64,000 bases of DNA, from NCBI GenBank assembly GCA_034439475.1, contig JAWXAN010000042.1, positions 64,765 to 128,764 on the forward strand, in the 5' to 3' direction. Position 1 is the stretch's first letter. Each line of letters opens with the position of its first letter. This DNA is from Candidatus Zixiibacteriota bacterium. GTDB taxonomy: Bacteria; Zixibacteria; MSB-5A5; GN15; FEB-12. A program made the translations under genes and the position numbers. This document shows, in pieces, positions 49,001 through 55,090 of the stretch. The notes beneath the pieces are model-generated. The model made no database searches. It was not told where the DNA came from and saw only the letters and a program-made list of their open reading frames with translations.

Positions 49001-51444
49001 ACCTCGGCACTGTCACCTCCAATTTTGGGGTCTACAGCGCGGTAAAGAATACGGTTTGTTTTATAGCAGATACTTCGGGAATCTACACGATTATTGTGAC
49101 TGCCACCGACACGTGCGGCCAGTCGTCGGTTGATTCAATTAGAATAGACGTTGAAAAGAATACTCCGCCCTCGATTAGCGCTTTCAAAGATACTTTGCTA
49201 TACCTCTGCAAACCACGTGAAATATGCCTCCCGCTCAGCGTTCTCGACATCGATGGCAATCTGGCTTCGGTGACGGTAAATCGCGGCACGATTAAAAATG
49301 GCACAATCTGCTTTGTCCCGTATGACAGCGGGTCATATCAGTTCATTATTACTGCTACAGACTCATGCGGAGCGATCGCTGAGCATCGGGCAACGTTACG
49401 AATCAGAACCGATCAGGGAATTGCGCTTATCTGCCCGAAGGACACAGCGTTGTTCTTGTGCGAGCCTGATACGCTCTGCTTCCCAGTGGGCGGAATCCCT
49501 GACGATGCAACTGTCACAGTGTCAGGAACTGGTGTCTGGTGGGATCCGATAGGACAGAAAGTCTGCTTCTACTCCTCGTGCTGTATCCAAAATAGAATAC
49601 GTGTCAACGCCAAATCAGCATGCGGACAGACATTTACGTGCAGCTTTACTGTCAATCTGATGACCAATGCCAAACCGCTGGTCATTCTGCCCCAGGACAC
49701 GACTGTTGTCCAGTGTGCTCCGACACAAATTTGTTTGCCGGTCGGAATTCAGGATATTGATAAGAATCTTAAAAATATTACGGTTGTTGGCGCAGTTTAT
49801 AACGCACAATCTAAGATTGTTTGTTTCACACCCAATACTGTCGGTACATACACGATAACGGTCAAGGCGACCGACTCATGCGAATTATATGACGATGACA
49901 AAATGGTTGTTCGTGTTGAAGGAAACAAACCGCCGACAATCAGCTACACGCCGGTTGACACGGTATATAATCAGTGCCAGCCAACTCAGATTTGTCTGCC
50001 GGTTTCAATTGCCGATTCCGATAGTAATCTCGGTTCAGTCACGGTAACCGGGGGCGTGTATAACGCTACTCAGGGCACAGTCTGCTTCACGCCGAACAGC
50101 TCCGGCGAGTATTGTGTCATGGTATACGCGAACGATAAATGTGGGACGAGTGACACGCTTGAAATTTGTGTTGACATTACCACAGGCAATTTTGCGGAAA
50201 TTCTCTGCCCAGCCAATCCCTTCAAAGAAGACACGCTCTGCAAACCCGGTCTTGTCTGTGTTCCGCTATCTGTGACTGGAGTGAATTACTCCGTGACGGT
50301 CGAAAGCGGAACATGGGAGAGCAACCAGCTCTGTTTCAGCGCAGACACCAGCGGTGTATATACACTCAAGGTCATTGCCTCAGCGCAGTGCAACAGTGAT
50401 ACCTGTATTGTAAGAGTCCCCATGGTTATCGAACCTAAAATCGAGATTGTTTGTCCGGGTAACCAGAATGTCTTTCTTTGTGGTTCCGATACGCTCTGTT
50501 ATCCATTGACCGTTTTAGGATCAGTAACAAATATCACCGCCAGCGCCGGTGCGTATATCGAGGGCAATAACGTCTGTGTGCCCTTTATCGTGAGTGGCAG
50601 TCGATCCATACAAGTCATCGCCAGCGGTGAATGCGGAGCAGATACCTGCGCGTTTACGATCTCAGCTACAATTAATAGGGCTCCGATTGTGACCCTTGGC
50701 AAAGACAGTGCTTTGACGGTCTGTACTTTGAACCAGATTTGTGTGCCTTTGACTATTCAAGATTTCAATAGTAATATTCGAACGATAACGACCACACTTG
50801 GGACAATTCAGGGCAGCCAGCTTTGCTTTACCCCAACCACATTCGGGACATTCACCCTAATTGTGACTGCCACCGACTCCTGCGGAGCAAGCGGCAAAGA
50901 CACGATCAAAGTGACTATCAACAAAGGCGCCTCGGCTGTTATCACATGTCCCGATAATCTCCAGTTCGCATCGCTTTGCAAACCAGACACGATCTGTATC
51001 ATTGCGCCCATAACACCCGCAAATGCCATTGTCACAATTCTCCCAGCTGGAACGTACAATCCATCAACCGGCACGATCTGTGTGTATGCTGACAAGAGCG
51101 GCACCTTTCCGATTAAGATTATCGCATCCGCCCCATGCGGCACTGATACGTGCGACTTCAATCTTCAAGTCACACTGAACCAAAAGCCGGTTATTTCCTG
51201 TCCCGGAGCAATTGATACGCTTCTCTGCATTGCTTCGCCGACGACGCTGTGCTTCCCAGTGACTGTCACAGGAACAGGAGTCAGTGTTACGGTCAAACCG
51301 TTTGGAACATACTCGGCCGGAACGGTCTGCCTGCCGATATCAGCTGTAGGGACATTCGCAATAAAAATCATCGGAACAGGCGTCTGCGGAGTAGACACCT
51401 GCGAAACTTCGGTGACCGTCCGCAAGGATGAGGCCCTTCGCTAA
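43090..51444 (+). CDS. Giant secreted cysteine-rich modular protein (about 32 Ig-like modules); N-terminal part of a split T9SS cargo
   Basis: GGAGGA RBS (43081-86). Signal peptide MNRFGLLSIYLLACLLCIGVAGSVNA. Reiterated ~85-100-aa modules carry conserved Cys and the core ...(I/V)CF.(A/P)DTSG(V/I)YT...V.ATDSCG..D.DT..VTV. The protein has no C-terminal sorting domain of its own. Confidence 0.9.
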   Translation: MNRFGLLSIYLLACLLCIGVAGSVNADPLVHPPILELPNDTAVFLCKGDSICYVVAATDTDPLEELTLSLLSGPISFPTKKFDNPLTTKICFKPTSGGTYRFIWKIVDNSGRSDIDTVIYTVLFNDPPSMQDQYFSTLFCRGESVRTLQVVATDAENDILTYKLISGPGSINPESGLISYLPIATGIYTFSVLVTDLCGSDMANVFDTVEVVKPAKLDCPGDTSITICEGTKICLYGFSSTFDETTVSHGTIVNETLCFTADTSGVYVIKVIGTDKCGADTCETRVTVNKGELPSIKDQYFSGSFCSDEIKRTLQVIATDADNDVLTYELLSGPGSINSSTGLIAYTPTASGVYTFLVSVSDTCGSAIAQVFDTIVVNPKGKVDCPGDTSLMLCEGTKVCLPGFGSDFEHTTVSLGTLVDGTVCFTADTSGVYVIKLIGSNECGADTCETRVTVGKSTFTGFVCGDTANSKTLNLCSSENITVLKDCHINGDQVSVISSYGTWNAQTGNWTFYADTSGLYTTLIVATDSCGASDSLTLSQEVAINKPPRIVLPNDTTTFLCESDSICFEFFVFDSPSDIRGRIVESNIGSFKPQAAPILFPQTKFEVCFLGDTAGVYQIIITATDSCGVTDKDTVLVTVKKNRAPYITMANDFTVASCTAEKICFSATADDLDLNIQTITSNFGIFDNNSDRICFDADTNGVYTIILTATDSCEVSDQDTTKVTVTVNKPPTLSLGPDFTKDTCGLLSEICINTGIVDENIKSVTTTFGLYNPNTKQVCFIPDSSGLYVLVVRVVDDCNIAAVDTVNITIGLNHPPTVSGFNDTTLYICSPQYICLNPSIIDADNDIASVTINQGKFKDGMYCFVPYDSGTYTLILTVIDSCGNKVIDTAKVKVTTDQGMNVVVPKDTSIFLCEADTLCFPIKNIPANATIKVRGTGVWYNPATQTVCFYSSCCIQNKIYVDVTTPCGKRTFSFTVNLMTNSKPLVILPQDGAYQLCDAKEICLPAGISDLDKNISSIVVEGGTYDAYSKTICFAPDTAGVYIIKVTATDSCGLGDSDFIRATVRINFPPVITYTPTDSIFEQCNLTQICLPVNVSDNDKNIQNITVSNGGVYNAINKTVCFNPPGIGQFCLQMVAYDSCGIADSADICFTVTAGDSVEIACPVIGTPGRSRGSVTTVIPALLCGPDSVCIPLAVTGDYSSISVTGGIYKDGEICFYADTTGEYSFTVIASGSCNSDTCQFTYPVMIEPSVFVRCPGDTAVNLCFSDTLCFPIETSVPMTYLTVLGGGYIDGANLCVPLTVTGTKIITVIAAGECGSDTCSFTVGTKLNTPPSVKVDDTTFTLCALDKLCFPVDVFDVDGNLKELTTSIGSVGKVAIENLAAQVLNEDGQPTVSTTPEYKICFTPEAYGTYNIVVTAIDSCGKTDTDTLTVTINQGDGVSIACPKLDSLSFCAPSQICLPIPITGETFDVISGFGVWENDTLCFDADTSGFYAFDLIATSGCNTDTCLIEIAIAISDSVNITCPTGDTTLVACQSPAVFTFRYSITGNPTKITITPPNAILEGGLIKLTVNQTGSYVVKVIVEGNCNIDSCFFTVNAAINTPPVLMGPEDTSLVACVLSTICLPIKAVDAENNIREIRSTLGVVDDSVICFTPSAFGDYQIILSAVDSCGERAVDTFLISVNQGDSVEINCPNSTILVSVIVPDSIRVPLTITPEGVGVIIQPDGSGYYDQNTSEVVVYVTSYGAHSYQVIASSKCDVDSCDLTIEVGEYFPPTVVCIGTTDTVLCLTEQDTLCLPVTVSGSATNVAVSPAGVYADGQVCIPVDTAGTYLVRIIASNETDADTCYSSITVTRSKPPVVDLPPSLSFALCQFGELCVPVDISQSDYDLAQITVNFGRYDSTLKSVCATFDTTGLYTIIVSVIDSCGNSSTDTSLVTVTVNTPPTVGLGADFKEFLCAVSSEICVPVNVSDDNLGTVTSNFGVYSAVKNTVCFIADTSGIYTIIVTATDTCGQSSVDSIRIDVEKNTPPSISAFKDTLLYLCKPREICLPLSVLDIDGNLASVTVNRGTIKNGTICFVPYDSGSYQFIITATDSCGAIAEHRATLRIRTDQGIALICPKDTALFLCEPDTLCFPVGGIPDDATVTVSGTGVWWDPIGQKVCFYSSCCIQNRIRVNAKSACGQTFTCSFTVNLMTNAKPLVILPQDTTVVQCAPTQICLPVGIQDIDKNLKNITVVGAVYNAQSKIVCFTPNTVGTYTITVKATDSCELYDDDKMVVRVEGNKPPTISYTPVDTVYNQCQPTQICLPVSIADSDSNLGSVTVTGGVYNATQGTVCFTPNSSGEYCVMVYANDKCGTSDTLEICVDITTGNFAEILCPANPFKEDTLCKPGLVCVPLSVTGVNYSVTVESGTWESNQLCFSADTSGVYTLKVIASAQCNSDTCIVRVPMVIEPKIEIVCPGNQNVFLCGSDTLCYPLTVLGSVTNITASAGAYIEGNNVCVPFIVSGSRSIQVIASGECGADTCAFTISATINRAPIVTLGKDSALTVCTLNQICVPLTIQDFNSNIRTITTTLGTIQGSQLCFTPTTFGTFTLIVTATDSCGASGKDTIKVTINKGASAVITCPDNLQFASLCKPDTICIIAPITPANAIVTILPAGTYNPSTGTICVYADKSGTFPIKIIASAPCGTDTCDFNLQVTLNQKPVISCPGAIDTLLCIASPTTLCFPVTVTGTGVSVTVKPFGTYSAGTVCLPISAVGTFAIKIIGTGVCGVDTCETSVTVRKDEALR
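43468..44463 (+). repeat. Tandem duplication (2 x 498 bp, 166 codons) inside the giant gene
   Basis: PPSMQDQYFSTLFC...CGADTCETRVTVNKGE is followed directly by LPSIKDQYFSGSFC...CGADTCETRVTVGKS. The two copies are collinear throughout. Confidence 0.85.
45010..51440 (+). repeat. Super-repeat inside the giant gene: a multi-module block of about 3.63 kb followed by a second, shorter, collinear copy
   Basis: The offset is exactly 3,633 bp at three checkpoints: VNKPPT 45268 / VNTPPT 48901, CFYSSCC 45931 / 49564, and (I/L)CP 46573 / 50206. Module order is conserved to the end of the ORF. Confidence 0.85.
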
Positions 51445-51536
51445 CCGTCCCCTCTGGACTTAGTTTCGAACGCTGTCCCGAGGATTCGACTCCAATCTGC
51501 GTCGATGGAATATATGGCGATGACAGCCGTAGCGCC

Positions 51537-53216
51537 GTGACATTGAGCAAAACATGCGGCATAGGCTCGCTGGTCCTCAGCGGCTCAGATAGTGGCAAAA
51601 TATGTTTTGTTCCAGACACGACCGGCATCTATACCTTCTGTGTTCAAGCTACCGACGGCTGCAATGTGACGAAAGACACCGTGTCTGTAACGATTTTGCC
51701 TAAAGATGATTGCGATGTTTGTGTCCGCTTCTCATTTGACTACGGTGAATGTTCACCTGTGGGCGTGCGCAAGAAAATAGCTCTTAATATCGAATCAAAT
51801 CAGCCCATCGGCGGTTTTGAGCTTCTGTTGAGTTTCGATGCCTCGGTGCTCAGTTTCGTTGGAGCCTCAACAGTTGGAACCGCAATTAAGGATTGGGAGT
51901 ATTTCACATGGAATCTTAAGAGCGCAGGTTGCGGCTCATCGTGTCCCTCGGGACTTATACGGTTTGTGGGAATAGCGGATATTAATAACGGAGCCAAACA
52001 CCCACCCCTGTCGGCCTTCTCGCCCAATGGCGCGCTTGTATTCATTGAATTCCAGATTGCCAACAATCAGAACCTCGGAGATCAATTCGTTCCGGTTTCC
52101 TTTGTATGGTTTAGCTGCGCTGACAATAGTGTCTCCGACCCAACGGGAAGCACTCTGTATGTCGATAGCCGAATCTACAATCCGGGCGGCATTCTGCTGT
52201 GGGACGAATTCAATGATACCGTTTTCCCTGAAAGTAATCGACTGTTCGGTCTTGGAGCGCCAGACAACTGCTTTACCGGCGCTGGCAAGACGCCTCCGCG
52301 GCGGTGTATTGAGTTTATCAACGGCGGAGTTTGTATTATTCATCCGGATTCGATTGATGCTCGCGGCGATGTCAACCTTAATAATCTCGCGTATGAGATA
52401 GCCGATGCCGTGCTCTTCTCAAATTACTTCATCCACGGGCTCGGCGTTTTCACTCTTAGCGTCCCCGGACAGATTGCCGCGACCGATGTCAATGCTGATG
52501 GTTCCACGCTTACTGTTTCTGATTTGACATACCTCATTCGCGTTATTGTCGGCGATGCCGATCCGGTGCCCAAGACAGATCCGTATGCTGAAAACGCATC
52601 GGTAGAAACCGAAACAAGCAATGGGCAAATGACAGTTTCAACCGAAACAGTCGGGGATGTCGGCGGGGCCTATTTTGTCTACGCACTTTCAGAGAACATG
52701 GTGATAGAATCTGTGCAGTTGACCGATGCGTCCTCGCAGATGGACCTCATGTACGGAGTAGAGAACGGCCAGTTGCGAATACTTGTCTGGAATATTGGAA
52801 CAGCACGAATCGAAGCTGGCAAGCATGATCTTCTCAAAATCAACTACGCTGGCGAGGCAGATGTACGGCTGGACAAGGTAGACATAGCCGATTATCATGG
52901 ACGGCCATACGTCACAGGTAAGACCGCTGGAGCTGTTCCGGAAAGCTACACGCTCCAACAGAACTATCCGAATCCGTTCAATCCGACGACTACAATCTCA
53001 TTCAGTCTGCCCGTATCCGGCGTGTGGAAGCTGAGCATATATAATATCAGAGGCGCGCTTGTGAGACAATATACCGGAAGTGACGAAGCTGGCTCAACGA
53101 ATGTCGTCTGGGATGGTAGAACCGAACAAGGTGAAACGAGCGCATCTGGCATGTATCTCTACCGTCTGGAGGCGGCAAGCTTCTTGAAGACAATGAAAAT
53201 GATACTATTGAAGTAA
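51537..53216 (+). CDS. C-terminal part of the split giant protein: one further Cys-rich module, a cohesin-like domain, a dockerin-like pair, a beta-sandwich and the T9SS sorting domain
   Basis: This frame is already open from 51432 and encodes a complete upstream module half (LTVPSGLSFERCPEDSTPICVDGI...). There is no signal peptide at the GTG start. ICFVPDTTGIYTFCVQATDGCN matches the giant-gene module. The C-terminus is LQQNYPNPFNPTTTISFSL...GMYLYRL...MKMILLK. Confidence 0.85.
   Translation: MTLSKTCGIGSLVLSGSDSGKICFVPDTTGIYTFCVQATDGCNVTKDTVSVTILPKDDCDVCVRFSFDYGECSPVGVRKKIALNIESNQPIGGFELLLSFDASVLSFVGASTVGTAIKDWEYFTWNLKSAGCGSSCPSGLIRFVGIADINNGAKHPPLSAFSPNGALVFIEFQIANNQNLGDQFVPVSFVWFSCADNSVSDPTGSTLYVDSRIYNPGGILLWDEFNDTVFPESNRLFGLGAPDNCFTGAGKTPPRRCIEFINGGVCIIHPDSIDARGDVNLNNLAYEIADAVLFSNYFIHGLGVFTLSVPGQIAATDVNADGSTLTVSDLTYLIRVIVGDADPVPKTDPYAENASVETETSNGQMTVSTETVGDVGGAYFVYALSENMVIESVQLTDASSQMDLMYGVENGQLRILVWNIGTARIEAGKHDLLKINYAGEADVRLDKVDIADYHGRPYVTGKTAGAVPESYTLQQNYPNPFNPTTTISFSLPVSGVWKLSIYNIRGALVRQYTGSDEAGSTNVVWDGRTEQGETSASGMYLYRLEAASFLKTMKMILLK
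51711..52346 (+). other. Cohesin-like domain coding segment
   Basis: VRFSFDYGECSPVG..IALNIESNQPIGGFELLLSFDASVLSFVGAS...GALVFIEFQIANNQNLGDQFVPVSF matches the cohesin-type beta-sandwich pattern (GGF.L.L.FD...L.F). Recognised by eye only. Confidence 0.5.
52356..52565 (+). other. Dockerin-like duplicated Ca-binding segment
   Basis: Two EF-hand-like repeats: GDVNLNNLAYEIADAVLFSNYF and TDVNADGSTLTVSDLTYLIRVIVG. Confidence 0.55.
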
Positions 53217-53240
53217 GCAATCCCCTCTTATCTTTCCTCT

Positions 53241-53279
53241 AAGGCGCCCTGCATCCGCAATCGCAGGGCGCCTTTTTTT
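53241..53279. terminator. Strong intrinsic terminator after the split giant gene (convergent with rlmH)
   Basis: 12-bp stem aaggcgccctgc / gcagggcgcctt with loop atccgcaatc, followed by a T-run. Confidence 0.85.
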
Positions 53280-53286
53280 ATATCTG

Positions 53287-53760
53287 CTATTTGTGGTAGG
53301 CAGTACCGGCAAGAATGGTAAAGCCACGATAAAGTTGTTCAAGCAGAACCAGACGAACCACCTGATGAGACATGGTAAGGGGAGAGAGGGAAAGGACGGA
53401 ATTTGCCGAGGTGAGAATCTTGTCGTCAAGGCCATATGCCCCGCCGATAAGAAAATTGACTCTCCCGCCGCTCTCGATGGACAGCCGCCTAAGCATATCT
53501 GCGAAAGCCAGCGAGTCGACGGGTTTGCCTGAATCGCTCAATGCAATCGTATAACCGCCCCGTGACATTTCCTTGGAAAACAGTTCGCCTTCCTGCCGCT
53601 TCAGTTCAGGCACAGGCAAGGCAGAGGCATTCTTGACAGAAGGCAAAATTGTAATTGAAAGAGCAGCGTATTTTAGCAGAAGCGTCTTGTAATGTTCGAT
53701 ACCCTCGGTTATCCAAGGATCTTTGTCCCGGCCCACAGCAATTATTGAAACTTTTAGCAT
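53287..53760 (-). CDS. rlmH: 23S rRNA (pseudouridine1915-N3)-methyltransferase RlmH
   Basis: MLKVSIIAVGRDKD...FLIGGAYGLDDKIL...LSLSPLTMSHQVVRLVLLEQLYRGFTILAGTAYHK. Start taken at the internal ATG at 53760 rather than the track start at 53916. Confidence 0.9.
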   Translation of the reverse strand: MLKVSIIAVGRDKDPWITEGIEHYKTLLLKYAALSITILPSVKNASALPVPELKRQEGELFSKEMSRGGYTIALSDSGKPVDSLAFADMLRRLSIESGGRVNFLIGGAYGLDDKILTSANSVLSLSPLTMSHQVVRLVLLEQLYRGFTILAGTAYHK

Positions 53761-53764
53761 GACT

Positions 53765-54160
53765 TCATGCCTTAAGCAGCTTGAGAATAACACGCCTCGT
53801 TCTTGGTCCATCGAATTCGCAGAAGTAAATCCCTTGCCACTGGCCAAGGATGAGTTTTCCACTTTCAACGATGACTGTGGCCGATGAACCCACAAGCGCC
53901 GTCTTGATATGCGCATCAGAGTTTCCTTCGCTGTGTTGGTAGCCGTCCTGCTGAGGAAACTCTCGTTTCAGTTTGTGCAGAATATCCCGTTTAACGTCGG
54001 GATCGCTGTCTTCGTTGATTGTGACCGCGGAGGTCGTGTGGGGAACAAAACAAACGACTACGCCGTCGGTGAATGCAGCGTCTTCGATTGCGTTCTCTAC
54101 CTGCAAAGTGATATCAATCATTGCCTCGCGTGAGGGCGTCAATAAAGAAAATTCAATCAT
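53765..54160 (-). CDS. yjbQ: YjbQ/UPF0047-family protein (secondary thiamine-phosphate synthase-like)
   Basis: VCFVPHTTSAVTINEDSDPDVKRD...HSEGNSDAHIKTALVGSS...GKLILGQWQGIYFCEFDGPR. Confidence 0.85.
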   Translation of the reverse strand: MIEFSLLTPSREAMIDITLQVENAIEDAAFTDGVVVCFVPHTTSAVTINEDSDPDVKRDILHKLKREFPQQDGYQHSEGNSDAHIKTALVGSSATVIVESGKLILGQWQGIYFCEFDGPRTRRVILKLLKA

Positions 54161-55074
54161 GAGGCGAAAAGGGCTTCGGCAAATTGTTTGGAGTCAAAGC
54201 GCTGGATGTCATGGATCCCCTCACCCAGCCCGACGAAATCGACCGGCACGCCTAATTCCTCGGCAATGGCTATAACCACGCCCCCTTTTGCTGTCCCATC
54301 AAGTTTGGTGATGATAAGTCCGTCACACCCGACGGCCTCCGTGAATACTTTCACTTGTTGCAGAACATTCTGTCCGGCGGTTCCGTCGACAATAAGTTTT
54401 GAAAGAATAGTGGCGTCGGGGGCGGCTTTTTCAATCACCCGTTTAATCTTTTTCAGTTCATCCATCAGATTGCTTTTGGTGTGAAGCCGTCCGGCAGTGT
54501 CGATGAGTAGAATATCTGTTCCACGTGCCCTAGCCGCCGATGCCGCATCGAAGGCCACGGAGGATGGATCCGCGCGTTCTTCGGAACGAATCATTTCGAC
54601 GCCGCTCCGCTCAGCCCAAATTGCTATCTGGTCGATGGCGGCGGCTCGGAAAGTATCACAGGCTCCGATCATAACTTTTTTACCTTCGCATGAGAAGAGA
54701 GTTGCGAGTTTGCCAATAGTGGTTGTTTTGCCAACGCCGTTGACACCGGTGATGAGCCAAATGACCGGCTTACTATCGGATTTTCTGGCAAGCTGAGCGT
54801 CTTTGCGAGACAGGATTAGGGTGATTTCCTCTTTCAACAGCGCCATCAGCTCATCACCCTCGGTGATCTTTTTCTGCCTGGCGCTGATCTTTAGTTTGTC
54901 GATAAGCCTGTTGGTGGCCTGAAAACCGACATCGGCTTGGATAAGAATTTCTTCGATCTCATCGAGCAATTCATCGTCTATTTTACGGCGCAAGATGACT
55001 TCAGAAATTTTGCCAAGGATGGATTCCTTAGTTTTAGACAATGACTTTTTCAGTTTCTCAAAGGGATTAAACAT
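54157..55074 (-). CDS. ftsY: Signal-recognition-particle receptor FtsY (short form, NG domain)
   Basis: GVNGVGKTTTIGKLA, DTAGRLH and ITKLDGTAKGG GTPase motifs. Confidence 0.9.
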   Translation of the reverse strand: MFNPFEKLKKSLSKTKESILGKISEVILRRKIDDELLDEIEEILIQADVGFQATNRLIDKLKISARQKKITEGDELMALLKEEITLILSRKDAQLARKSDSKPVIWLITGVNGVGKTTTIGKLATLFSCEGKKVMIGACDTFRAAAIDQIAIWAERSGVEMIRSEERADPSSVAFDAASAARARGTDILLIDTAGRLHTKSNLMDELKKIKRVIEKAAPDATILSKLIVDGTAGQNVLQQVKVFTEAVGCDGLIITKLDGTAKGGVVIAIAEELGVPVDFVGLGEGIHDIQRFDSKQFAEALFAS

Positions 55075-55090
55075 TAGAGCCGCTTATGGT

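Noticed and set aside
51421-51445. Programmed -1 ribosomal frameshifting at the junction of the two giant-protein ORFs.
   Set aside because: There is no slippery X-XXY-YYZ heptamer in cgcaaggatgaggcccttcgctaa, and I see no obvious downstream pseudoknot or hairpin. A 1-nt indel, real or from assembly, is the simpler explanation.
43090-53216. Whether the periodic repeats could be a CRISPR array or a non-coding satellite.
   Set aside because: The repeat units are 250-300 bp with no short identical direct repeats or unique spacers. The periodicity is at the protein level within one long open frame.
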